Source of the DNA: Camelus dromedarius
Taxonomy: Eukaryota
Length of the DNA: 64,000 nucleotides
Assembly (NCBI RefSeq): GCF_036321535.1
Contig: NC_087436.1
Coordinates: 93,002,001-93,066,000, forward strand
Direction: 5' to 3'
Numbering within the stretch: position 1 is the stretch's first letter; the number at the start of each line of letters is the position of its first letter. Positions 51,434-63,087 of this stretch are shown in pieces. The notes below the pieces were generated by a model. That model was not told the origin of the DNA and made no database searches. It worked only from the letters and a program-made list of their open reading frames with translations. The position numbers and the translations under genes were made by a program.

Positions 51434-51752
51434 TTTATTTCATAGAGACTGCTAGCAGTGTATAAGTATTCTGAAAACAGCTTGAATATATTTGTTACAA
51501 TGAGATACGGTGCTGGGAATATCTTCATCTATTCTGGAAGATCAAATAAGCCTCAAAGACGAGTGGCTTCCAGGATGTGCAGACCTTGTAATCGGGGTCA
51601 CTGCCGGCAATCACTGCCCCTAGTTGACTGCCATAAGATGCCTGGAAAATGCTAGGTAGACCAGTTTCCTTAAATAGCTTATCATCTTCAAAGGTCTTCA
51701 AATAATTGCCTCTGGTTATTGGTCCCATTTTAAGGAAATTTCTGCAACAAAC
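51434..51752 (-). pseudogene. Putative terminal exon of an unidentified decayed gene (coding part 51752-51525)
   Basis: Pyrimidine-rich acceptor ..ctaccccag|GTT. 75 open codons VCCRNFLKMGPITRGNYLKTFEDDKLFKETGLPSIFQASYGSQLGAVIAGSDPDYKVCTSWKPLVFEAYLIFQNR*. AATAAA at 51439-51434. Confidence 0.65.
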
Positions 51753-52489
51753 CTGGGGTAGCGACCAAAGGATATAGAGGTAGACAAACAGACAAAGCCC
51801 ACCATCTTGGAATACATGTTGGTGATCACCCTGAGCCATTCTGAAAGAGGTCCTTGTGTTCATTACAAAGCCCTTCTACTTTTAGCCTAATTTCAGCAGT
51901 CCTTTTAAATATTAGGTATTTAGGGGAAGCCACCTCAAGTCCTTTTTGAAAGTATGTTGAATGCAAATAAACATTTCATGTATCAGTTTATTAAATTAAG
52001 ATGCAGGCTATATTCCAACGAGTGGTTTCTCTGGGTGCCAGAAATACATGTGAGCTTCATTTTTTTAAGGTTTCTGAATTATTTTTTGCATTTAGAGTAT
52101 TATTTTATGATTAAAAGTAACATTATAATAATTAATAAAATACAGAGATAGAAGAGACCTTAATAATTATTTTGTCTAAGCCTGTCATCACACACTTGAG
52201 GAAGATAACTACCCAGAGAAGATGTGATTTATGTAATCTCTGTTGCGATATGCAAACATTAGCCACTAGTGAGGTTTTGTTCAATATTTTCAATTAAATG
52301 TCAATAAGAGCTCTATCTTCAAGAATAGAGGAAAACTCTGGCTTTCTGGTCATATAGTTTTATCTTTTTCCTCCACCCCAAACATGACAAATTGGCTTGT
52401 CACTAAAGATAAACAAGCCTGACATCTGCATTTGACCTTGGAGTACTCATGGTTCTATTGGGGCATTTGAATGAAAGAGCTTGGGTTAG

Positions 52490-52946
52490 TGTATTAATTT
52501 GCGAGAGCTGCCATTGTAAAGTACCACACACTGGGTGGCTTGAAAAACAGAAATTTATTGTCTCACAGTTTTGGTGGCTAGGAGTCTGAGATCAAGATGT
52601 TGGCAGGATTGGTTAATTATATTAGCCATGAGAGAGAATCTGTTTCATGCCTTCCCCTAGCTTCTAGTGCTTTGCTAGCAAGTTTTGACGATCCTTAGAA
52701 GCATCATCTCAATCTCTGCCTTCACCTTCACAATGTGTTCTCTCTGAGTGCATATGTCTGTGTCCAAATTTCCCCTTTTTATGAAGACAGCAATCAGATT
52801 GAATCAGGAATCCAACCTACTACAATATGACCTCAACTTAACTAACTACATCTGCAATCACCTCATTTCCAAAGTCCCATTCTTAGGTACTGGGCATCAG
52901 GAATTCAACATATAAATTTGGGAGGGACGTAATTCAACCCATAAGA
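52490..52946 (-). mobile_element. MaLR (MLT1B/C-like) solo LTR
   Basis: CAGAAATTTATTGTCTCACAGTT..AATTCAACCCATAA; exact 5-bp TSD GTTAG at 52485-52489 and 52947-52951. Confidence 0.85.
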
Positions 52947-53684
52947 GTTAGTATCACAGAAAAAGTCAGGGGATAGATGGGTTGCAAAAACTCTTAGTGG
53001 CTGATCTATTTCAAGGGATGAGATTTGGACCAAGATAGACATGAGGAGTTTGCCTGAAGTTTGGAACTTGTTCTTAGGATCCCTGGGCTCAGTTTCGTCT
53101 AGAGCATCCCCACACCCTGGGCCTGTGTCTGTCTATGGCTACCTGGTGGTTTTGCAGCAGCCGTGCCTCAAGTCCGGACTACACTGTTTGGGCTTCTCAA
53201 GTGGAGAACAGTGAATCTGTTCCCTCCAGTCTGCAAGAGGTAGAGAGTTGCCATTTGGCATGCTATTTTTTTGACACCAGAATGATGAATAAGTTTGTAT
53301 TTTATTTTACAATTGGGCAGATCTACTGCATCCAGAATATTTTAAATTAAAATATTTAAAATTTTTAAAGTAAAATAACCATATGGTAAAATGTTGAAAA
53401 AAAAAGATTCAAAACTCCAAATAGCAAAATTTAATAATCTTCTCCCCCTCCTGAGCCCTCATATTTCTAGAGACTGGGTCAGCCTTCAAGACTGTGGCTT
53501 TGAAACTCTTCAGAGTAAAAAGGAAAATTAGTTATAGAGTTTAACCCTTAAGTTTTCTAAAAGCACACAGCAAGAAAAGTGAATGAACAATTATGTGCCA
53601 GAATTTGCTGAAATTACCTCTTTTTCTTGATTGCTCCATTTATTACTATTATTTTATGGACAAATATGAACCACCTGCACTCAC

Positions 53685-53982
53685 CATTGGAGACATGTTC
53701 TTCCTGTATACAGTTGCACAAATGAGTCTTTTAAAATATTGTTGCAAAATTTTGACTGCTTTAGTGGATGCCTTTGAAATATGGGAATATATTCTTCCTG
53801 GCTGATTGAACATGATTCAGCGAGGAATTCTCCCTCAGACCAGATGATGTGCGCTCCAGCACAGCACCAGCGTGGAGAAAACAGCCACTCCAGGCACCAA
53901 ACAAGAATTTGAGACATCCACATCATGCTTTATGCAGGAGAATTCGCAGAAACTCATCTCAGTGTGTCTTCAGAAGAGGAAA
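53685..53982 (-). pseudogene. Putative internal exon of the decayed gene (298 nt, phase 2 to 0; alternative acceptor 53967)
   Basis: Acceptor ctgctcag|, donor ATG|GTGAGT. FLF*RHTEMSFCEFSCIKHDVDVSNSCLVPGVAVFSTLVLCWSAHHLV*GRIPR*IMFNQPGRIYSHISKASTKAVKILQQYFKRLICATVYRKNMSPM. Confidence 0.65.
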
Positions 53983-55747
53983 CTGAGCAGACAGCCTTGT
54001 TAATTTAGCATATAGACTTGGAATACAGTACAACATCCATCATCTCATCAAAATTCAATTAAAACGTGGGTTACTGGCCAAAGAAAAGGAGCCAGTTTTC
54101 TCTCTCTCTCTTTTTTGGGACAAGGTCTTGGAACATCACTGAGCCCTTAAATGGTCCTTTCATTATGGGAGCCAATTTGAAAGAATAGTTTAAGTATTTG
54201 AATGATTCCTTATATTAAAAAATTAGAACTTGTGCAGCTATATAACTGCTATTAATTTAAAGCATGCTGGTGCTAGCAACAGTGGGAAAATAAGAAGTTT
54301 ATTTTGAGGTCTTCTTCTTTTTAAGCACTTCTGATCTAATTTTAAAAATTTTGGGAGCCTACAGGACCTTCTCTTATATAGCAGAGAATGTGTCGCTGCG
54401 ATTATCCACTTAGGCTAGATCCCTCCCATGATTTTTAAAAAATGTTATTTGCTAACACACACCAGACTTCACACAGGCAAAAGGTAAGCCCACAGGTCCG
54501 GTAACAAGATTTGCTGTGTTAAATGCAATTGGGTCTCAAATTTCAAGCAGTTAAATGTCTTAATTTGTTCTTTTCTTCCTACCATAATATAATGAGGATA
54601 AACTTTGACACACAGCAGCTCTGCAAAGAGACGATTTCTCCTTGTTCATTGTTTCTCGAACCAATCTTCTCTCCTGAAATTTGATTTCCGAAGTGCCTTA
54701 CAGTCCTTAAGCCAGGTGGCTGCAATGAGCCCGCCTGGAACATTCATAATCATCTGAAATAAAAGCACACTCTAGAAGCCAGACACACTTAAGACAATCG
54801 AACGAGGTTTGTCACCAAGTAGAAATAAGTCTTTTAACCTCTTGCTACCTCTGCCCTTTAGCCTACTCACTGACCCCAGCAGTGGGAATCACCTTGGCTC
54901 TGAAATTAATAGTATGAATATCTTCTGGGTTAAGTACTTATGGGTCCTCTTATACACTCAATTCATTTTTCTGGTGCTTGGTCCAAATACTGTCAATTGG
55001 AAGTTTGCCTTGTGGGTTAAGGAAGGAAAACTGGAGTGTACTTTCCAAAGGACTCAGGAGAAACCTATCTTTAGAGGCTTCTCAGCACCAGGCTTCAATA
55101 TTTGAATATTTAATATTGTAATCTTTCCCCATACCAGTTAGCCTTCTGTCTCCAGGAAAGGCCAATACAGGCGGTAATAGGGTTTTTAGAAAAATCAAAG
55201 AAATACAATGTCAGATGTGTGTGTATGTTGGGGAGGGGGAACACAATGGATTTGAATTTGATTACACTTGGTCATCTTTTTGTTTTTTTTTTTTGTTTTT
55301 TTTTTTGAACAAAATTGTGCTGGGACACATGTGTTTCCCTTTACGTGGTTAGCCTGAGGAGTGACTTCATTGTGTCTGTAGGCGCCTTATAAACAGGAGA
55401 GTGGCCAAACCCTGTGACTAAAGCCAACTTTCTAGAATTTTTATGAGTTGAGTAACTGCATTGACTTAAAAAGAGATGTCAGACTTCTTCCTCTTGTTTT
55501 TGTTTCCCCCTAAATGGGAAAGTCGAGGTTGGTGTTGAAGAAGAATAAAGAAGAAGAAAGGCAAACCAATGATATTAAAAGCACGGGAGGTATTACTGGG
55601 AGAAACTATGGAATCTATTAAATTTTGACTTTAAAATAAGCATAATATACTTTTTTAAACCCCAAGTACTATCAGAGATAGAACTATAAGCACCTATACT
55701 CATTTTAATGTGATTTTATGGCTGTGTCACAGCCTAGTCTTTCTGCC

Positions 55748-56335
55748 TGTATTAGAAAGCTTTCCATTCCAAGTAATAGGAAAATCAACTCACACTGGAT
55801 TAAATAATAAGAAAATTTATAGGTTTTATGGAACTGCAGTGGTGTGAGTTCTAGAACTAGTTCATCTGGAGCTCAGTGGTGTTATCGTGGACTCTGTTTC
55901 TTCCACCTTTTTCTTTACATCTGTCATCTGCAGAGTGGACTTCACCCTAAGGGAGGGCCCTGTGATGTTATAAGAGACCTGTCAGTATAATTAGGTCCAC
56001 ATGCTTCCTCTTTCTGATCCAGAGAAAGACAGACCCTTCCCTCAACTCTCTAACGGGAGTTCTGAGATTCCTGCTGATTGGACCATTAGTTGGCTTAAAG
56101 CTGGATCACCTAAAACAGTATCTATGGTGAGGGGGTGGGGTTATCCTGAGGGATAACAGCAGTGAGACTTGATCCCTGAAGCTAATGAAGGGGCTAATCC
56201 CACCTGAAAACATGACTGCTCTAGAATCGATGTTGGGAAGGCCACAGGTTTTCCACTATAGATACTCCATGAGACAGTGAATTCAAGGTTCCCCATCCTT
56301 GAGTTGTCTTTTATGATGGGCAGCAGAAGATACAA
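55748..56335 (-). mobile_element. Ancient MaLR LTR
   Basis: AAGTAATAGGAAAATCAACTCACACTGGATTAAA terminus; CTGATTGGACC internal motif. Confidence 0.5.
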
Positions 56336-56983
56336 CAATAACCTGAACACTCTTAGTAATCTCAGTGTTTTTATTGAGACTCATTTCTGAGAGATATTAG
56401 AGAAAGTGAGACAGTGAGGTTGCTCAAGTGAGTCTCCTCAGTTACATTACTCATGCTTTTTTTCTATGAGTCACAGAGAAGTATATTGAGTCACATACTG
56501 GTTCAGAGTCAAAGAGAATTCTTAAGTTCTACACCAGAGGGTGAAGATCAACGACACTGAAGCTAGGAACCACTGCAAATGTTTTACCGAAACTACGAAA
56601 GTGTTGAATTAAATGATTCATTGAAGCAAAAGATATTTCCTCACCTTACTTTTTTTTTTTATACAGATAATCTAAGAAGTTAGACAAGGGCAAGTTTATC
56701 CCACTCAGAGGTTTACCCAAACAGAAAAAACAATGGCATATGTTGAATACTCTTTCGAAACACCAAACAATACTCTTTCAAAACACCTCGGGTCCAGAAT
56801 AGAATCTGGTTTAGTTGATCAAATAAACAACTGCTATCAGAATTCCTGACTGTACTTTTACCAGTTCTCTGAAAAGCAGTCCGTTCTTTACTTAGTCTAT
56901 CAGAATAGACTGTCTGATGATACTTTTAATGTACTAATATTAGTTGCCTGTTCTAAATTCAGCTTAAGGTGGTTATACACTTT

Positions 56984-57200
56984 TAAAAATTTTTCTTTTT
57001 TACACTTTTTTTTAAATTGAAGTATAGTCAGTTTACAATGTTGTGTCAATTTCTGGTGTACAGCATCATGTTTCAGTCACACGTATGCATACAGATACTG
57101 CTTTTCATGTTTTTTTCATTATCGGTTACGGCAAGATATTGAATATAGTTCTCTGTGCTATGCAGTAGAAACTTGCTGTTTATCTATTTTATACACAGTA
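56984..57200 (-). mobile_element. Young L1 3' end
   Basis: Same family as 50571; exact TSD GTTATACACTTT at 56972-56983 and 57201-57212. Confidence 0.9.
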
Positions 57201-57390
57201 GTTATACACTTTCTAAGATGAGTCAAAGCCCCCCGGCGCCCTGGAGTCTTTGCTCATGGTGCAGTGCTTGAGATCTTTGGCCACTAGTGGCAGAGCTTTC
57301 CCTCCTGAGTGCTGGGAGGAGGTTGGGGAGAGAAAGACATGTTAAATGTGAACACTATTCTTTCCTTTAATATTCAGTTTCTTGACATAC

Positions 57391-57704
57391 CACAAAGTTG
57401 TATTTATCCTGCCCTGAGAGAGGAGTACTTCAACCATATTCTTGACAGGATTCCTAATGGAAGCGTTACTTTCCATTGGAAATTTCAAAGAAAACTTGAA
57501 TAAAGCACGCTTGTGAATCCCAGCCATTCCCACAGCTGCCTCGGCCCCTACCTCGCAGGCGCCTCCACTCCCTACTTTCACAGTTGCAGACGTCTTCCCA
57601 TTGGTTTTATTGTTGTCATTCTTGTAGCTGTGCATCATGAATTTTAAAATGGTCTCAGAATTTTTTAAAATGTCTGTATATCATCAAGGTACTTGTGTGA
57701 CTTC
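57391..57704 (-). pseudogene. Putative internal exon of the decayed gene (314 nt, phase 0 to 2)
   Basis: Acceptor cacttag|GAA (weak tract), donor GTG|GTATGT. EVTQVP**YTDILKNSETILKFMMHSYKNDNN...GMAGIHKRALFKFSLKFPMESNASIRNPVKNMVEVLLSQGRINTTL. Confidence 0.6.
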
Positions 57705-57726
57705 CTAAGTGTATTAATTGTTCAAT

Positions 57727-57969
57727 CAATATTTCCCAAAGTGCCAGAGAAGAGTCTGGGATAGAGTTTCTTGATGAAATATATTTAGAAACTGTGAGTT
57801 TAACAAATCCAAATGGACTACTGCAAAATTGTTCAGGCCTTTAATATGCATTCAGAATCTCCAAGAAAGAAAGATATGCCGTGCTTTCCACATGTACTTG
57901 ACCATGAAATCCTTTTCCTGAAATGCATTTCGTATAATGCAGTTGAGGAACCCACTTTGAGAAATACTC
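57727..57969. mobile_element. hAT-type MITE
   Basis: Terminal inverted repeats CAATATTTCCCAAAGTG / CACTTTGAGAAATACTC. Confidence 0.7.
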
Positions 57970-58368
57970 ATCTATGTCAAATTACCATGATTTCTGGGAG
58001 TCTATTATTTGCTTGCCTTTTGTTGGCTTTTGTTATTAGATGTTCCTAGGATTCTATTCCATGACAAAATCCAGTAAGGGAAACTTGGCTTTTTTTTTTT
58101 TTCCAAGAAGAAGTAGTATGGAAAAACGCCCAAAAGCTGTTTTCTCAAGGAGAGCAGATCTGATCAGAAGAGCAGATTTAAAATCAGAAGCCTCTGATTC
58201 ATCTTAATTTTTGTATTTCTGAAGGCAGAGGACATTTGCCATTAACCTCTAACTGGATCCTTTTTCCCATCTTGAAGTAAATACAAGGCCATAATAAACT
58301 TGGAAAGTGGCAACACTGTGGTTTTAGACAACTGACGTAAGTTTTATGCGAGTATTTTTGCAACCTAC

Positions 58369-58607
58369 TTTTAAGATGAGGATGAATGCTGCACGTGTAA
58401 ACCACAAAGGGGATGAGGGTCTGGTGTTAGCGACAAGTTCATGTTAAGCTCTGAGCCTGCCACATGGGAACCAAGCTCTGATTATCTGTGTTAAGGGGCT
58501 GCAGCTGAAAAGCTCACAGGTCACTCCCAGAGCATCCATGTGGCCACACGGTGATGGCAAGGCTTTGCCAAGACCGAATACCAGATGAATTCTTTCTTTA
58601 TTCAAGC
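58369..58607 (-). pseudogene. Putative internal exon of the decayed gene (phase 1 to 0; may start at 58668, phase 0)
   Basis: LNKERIHLVFGLGKALPSPCGHMDALGVTCELFSCSPLTQIIRAWFPCGRLRA*HELVANTRPSSPLWFTRAAFILILK; donor AAA|GTAGGT. Confidence 0.6.
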
Positions 58608-59038
58608 CTAGACTACATTTCATTGTACAATTTTGGTAATCAAATACATTTTAAATAAACTGTCTTATCTTGTATGGATGTAAGAAGAAGGGTTTCTTTA
58701 TTTTCTACTGTTATTTTTTTCATATTATAAAAGCAATAGATGGTCAGTATTGGCAAAACACATATAAGCGTGCAGATAGAATAAAGTCATTCATAATTCC
58801 ATGAATCAGAAATAACTGCTATTGATATGTTGATTTATTTATTTGAATATTTTATTTCTTCTTGAGTTGGTACATATTTCTTTTTCAGGATGCTCTGAGA
58901 ATATTTCTGAACTCTTTGTGGCCCTAATGCTGTAGGCTGGAATTTATTTTGGGAAGAGACTCTATGTTCTCAGAAGAGCTATGCTGGTGAGACTGTCTAG
59001 CCACAGAGATACAAGCTCAGCAAGAGATCTTTTCTTAC

Positions 59039-59140
59039 CGTAGCCTTGAATATTGGTAGAGTAATTCTACTCCTACCACTTGTTCTCTGTTCCTACTAAC
59101 ACACAATAATCCCAATGCTAATGGACACCACTAACATTTT
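59039..59140 (-). pseudogene. Putative internal exon of the decayed gene (102 nt, phase 1 to 1)
   Basis: Acceptor atatatag|, donor ACG|GTAAGA. NVSGVH*HWDYCVLVGTENKW*E*NYSTNIQGY. Confidence 0.45.
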
Positions 59141-59169
59141 CTATATATTAGAATATATCCTATTTTAAA

Positions 59170-59340
59170 CACACTGGCTTATTTAATCCTCACAATAACA
59201 CTATGTTCTATTACCATCCCCATTATGCAGGTAAGGAAACCAAGGCACAGAGAGGATAAACAGCTTGCTCAAGGTCACAAGGAGTAAGTGGTGGAGCTGG
59301 GGTTTGAACACTGCAACTCCAGAGTCTGTCCTCCTTCAGT
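59170..59340 (-). mobile_element. MIR SINE
   Basis: TTTAATCCTCACAATAAC..AGGAAACCAAGGCACAGAGAGG..CTTGCTCAAGGTCACA. Confidence 0.85.
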
Positions 59341-59659
59341 AGACTGGGAAGTTAACTGAGATGTTCAATAAGGTTAAGGCTGACTTTACTGTGGGCTGAG
59401 AAATCATCGTGATATTAACTGGCTTGATTCTGAGTCCTCTAGCATGCTCTGGTACAGTGGTGCACTCCAAGGTGCCAGGGTGGGGACCTAGGGGAGGAGA
59501 GAGAGAGAATGAAAGAGTGAATTATAGTTGAGAGGAATGTGTCCCGGAATGCAGCAGCAGCCCAGGGCCGGAACTACGGAAGAAGGAAGGACGTGGCTCC
59601 CTGTGAACAGGCATGGCCAATCGATTTTAAGAGCAATGATACATGTTTTTCTTTCTTGC

Positions 59660-59774
59660 CTTGTAATTTGGCTATGCTATCCTTAAGCCGTATTTCAGTT
59701 TATTAAACCACAAGACTCCTCTGTTATCTGGTCTTTGACAAATGCAGGAGTGATGAGTTATATTCATGTTTGGG
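59660..59774 (-). pseudogene. Putative internal exon of the decayed gene (115 nt, phase 0 to 1)
   Basis: Strong acceptor ttttttgcccgtttcttgtttacttaag|; donor AAG|GCAAGA (GC, or a decayed GT). PKHEYNSSLLHLSKTR*QRSLVV**TEIRLKDSIAKLQ. Confidence 0.45.
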
Positions 59775-60019
59775 CTTAAGTAAACAAGAAACGGGCAAAA
59801 AATGACAGAAGCAGCAGCCTGGGGCAGCAGTGGAAAGGTGGAAAATAAAAACCAGGACATGCTAAAAATCACCGTAAATAACTGTGCAGAGGACCAGACT
59901 TCCTATAGTCCTGTAGGAAGGAACATGGATTTATATTTGGATATTAAGGGGAAGCCTAATCTTAGAAGTCTTGAAAACTTGAGCTGCATCTACAATACAA
60001 AGCTTATGTTATTTACTTT

Positions 60020-62990
60020 ACGTATGAAACTTGAATCATTTTATATATATACATATATATATATCATGGTTTTTATGTATCATTTTATTGTGGGTATTTT
60101 AATAACTTGAAACTAAATGTTTTTGAAAATGCTATTTTTCTGTGGCAGAATGTCATTATAAGAATGTACCATAATTTTCACTACCATTTCCCTATTGTTA
60201 GACATCTAGGGTGTTTTCCAATTTTTTTGTCTATATAAATAGCTGTGTGAGATAAGGATGCCCATTATCACCATTTACTAGGCATCTTGACAATACAATA
60301 AGACATGAAAACATGAAGGCATAATTGGAAGAAGATGAAAATTTTTTTTGTAGATAACTATCAATGACATAGAAAATCAAAGAGAAATGATAAACAATGT
60401 ATTAGAACTAATAAGACAGTCCAGCAAAGTTGCTGGGCTCAGGATTAACATGAAAAAAAATCAGTGGTATTTTGTGTGCTAGCAATGCCAAGTAGAAAAT
60501 TATAGTCTTTAAGTTCAGTTTTGATTAAAATTCCAACAGGCATTTTATAGCTTATCCTAAAATTCGTATGGAAGAGTAAAGTTTCCAAAATGGCCAAGAC
60601 AATTTTGAGAAAGGAAAGAATTTGCCCTTCCCTATATCAAGGCTTAATACATAGTAATTAAAACAATGTGGTTTGGTGTAGGGATAGACAAATAGATGAA
60701 ACGAATGGAATAAATATCCAGAAACAGACTCTCAGATATTGCAAAACAGTCTGTCACAGAAGTGACATTACAAATCAGCAGAAAAAGGATGAGATATTTA
60801 ATACAGGGTCCTGGGAAAATAGACTATTCAAAGGGGAAAAATATTAGAGCTATAGTTCACTTAATAAAGATCTAAATGTGAAATTCAAAACTTCAAAAAA
60901 AATTTTAAGAGAGTATTTCACAAAATACTTTTATAGAAGTGGAGTAGAGAAGGGTTTCTTAAATGAGACACAAGAAGCCCAAAACATATACAAATGTTCC
61001 TATATTTACTATGTTAAAGTTAAAAATTGACTGTTGAAAGACATAAAAACGTTCTAAGACAAGCCACAGACTGAGAGAAACATTTGCAATGCATGTGATA
61101 AAGGATTTAGGATCTAGAATATTTACAAAATTCTTAAAAATCAATTTAAAAAAGAAAAGCAATTCAATCAGAAAATTGACAAAGGTAATTCACAGAAGTG
61201 AAACTGGACTGTCCAACAAAGATATGAAAATACGTCCAGCCTCATCAATAGTCAGGGGAGGCAAATTAAGGCAATGAAATACCATCTCCCTTCCATGAAG
61301 GTGGTAAAATTTAAGAAGCCTGACAGCAAGTTTGGGGTGTGATGGGGAAATAGTATCTTCCACACGCTGTGGTCAGGCTACTTGGAATAATCACTTTAGA
61401 AAGCAGTTTGGCAATACCTAGGAAGGCTGAAGGTACTCATAACAAAACAGAACAGAGTGATGATAAAAAATAAAAAGGTAAGAAAGTGGATACTTCCCCT
61501 GTGCCCGCCCTGACAGCATTCCCCTCCTTGGACCCCAAATCCTGAATCTTGTTTATGTTATCATTATTTTGCTTTGCTTTACTTTTCACCGCATATTACA
61601 TGCCTGCAGGAACTATAAAACTTAGTTTTCTGTGGTCTTTGAACTTCATATCAGTGGATATCATAATGTATGTCTTACCTGGTGTCTTGCTGTTTTAACC
61701 GAATGCTATGCTTTCTGAAATTAATCCAAATGTACGTGTGGCTCACTCATTTTTTTCACTGTTAACATGGAATACTGCAATTTTTTTTTTGTTTTTTTGA
61801 ATACTGTAATTAATATGTAAGCAGTGCTGTAAGGGACATTCCTGAACATGTCCCATGGACATCTGTGGGAGTGTCTCAAGCTTCTCTAGATTTAGGCGAA
61901 GGCGTTTATGTTCCAGAAGTGAAGTGGCTACATCAGGGGATGTGAACTTCATGAACTTCACTAGATGAGGCAGAATCGTTACCAATATACATCCTAGGCA
62001 GCAGTGTGCACGTTTCCATTGCTGCACATCCTCACTAACACGTGATGTCACCAAAGTTTAAATTTTTACCAACCTCATGGGTATGCAAGGTCGTCTTGTA
62101 AAGGTTTTAATTTGCATTTCCTTCCTAATAAACTTGAATATATTTTTGCCCTTTTTTGCTATTCATGTTTGCCATGAAATGCCTATTCATGTCTTTTGTC
62201 TATTTCTCTATTGACATGTTTGTATTTTTCTTATTGATATTTTGGAGGTTTTTTTTTCAACATAGTTTGTATACTAATTCTTTGTTGGTTGTATGTGTGA
62301 CAAATAACTTCTCTTGGTTTGTAGCTTTTTCTTAAACTTCCTTTTTGCAACATAGAAGTTGTAAATTCTTAGTGAGACTGAAGACTTTCTATTTTGTGGG
62401 GGAGTAGGAAGAGCCTTACTTTTCAAATTTGCATTTCTTTGATCACATGTAAGGGTGAATGCTTTTCATGTTTATTGGCCATTTGTATTAATTTTTGACA
62501 GATTCTTAATGTCCTTTTGCCCATTGTCTATTGCTTTAGAAGGGACTTCATATGTTAAGGGTATTAAATCTTTGTCATATTTTTTGGGAGTATTTCCCCT
62601 GGTTTTTCACTACTTTTAAATTTTGCTTAAAATTTCCTTTATTGAGTATGTATTTAAACCTCTCATTCTTCCTTTTCCTGTTTTTTTTTTTTTGCACTTG
62701 ACAAAAATTAATTCATCCAGAATTAATTTTGTTATGAAGAACTGACATTAATCAACTGTCCCTTCTTTATCTATTGACTTGTGATATCATTATTATGCAC
62801 TAAAATTTTTATGTTCATTTGTGTCTGTTTCCAGGCCATATAGTGTATTAATTATAATTAGTTTATCAACTCTTGCCCAAGATGCGTCCTTTGTTTGTTC
62901 TCTCTATAGTAAGGCTTACTGTTTGGTAAGGCGAATTCCTTTGGTTAATCCTTCTTTTCGAACTTTCTTGGGTTATCTCAGAATAGGCAT
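60020..62990. mobile_element. Cluster of degenerate old L1 fragments (+ ~60255-61440; - ~60020-60250 and ~61480-62990)
   Basis: ORF2-like motifs TTAGAACTAATAAG, CTAAAATTCGTATGGAAG..GCCAAGACAATTTTG on +; GTTTTAATTTGCATTTCC and TTTATTGGCCATTTGTAT on -. Confidence 0.75.
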
Positions 62991-63087
62991 TCTCCATTTG
63001 TGTCATTAAATATTTCTCTTGTTTCCTATAGTGTTATCATGTAAACAAGACGCAGCTGCTCAATTTTCAAAGTGTTAGAAAACAAAG

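Noticed and set aside
53681..53926. Track ORFs 53681-53926, 58199-58405 and 59672-59872 as proteins
   Set aside because: They overlap the fossil exons but are in frames that do not fit the splice phases.
51525..59774. Assigning the fossil gene to a family (faint PARP-like or GREB1-like impressions)
   Set aside because: No diagnostic motif survives inspection by eye; a profile or structure search is needed.
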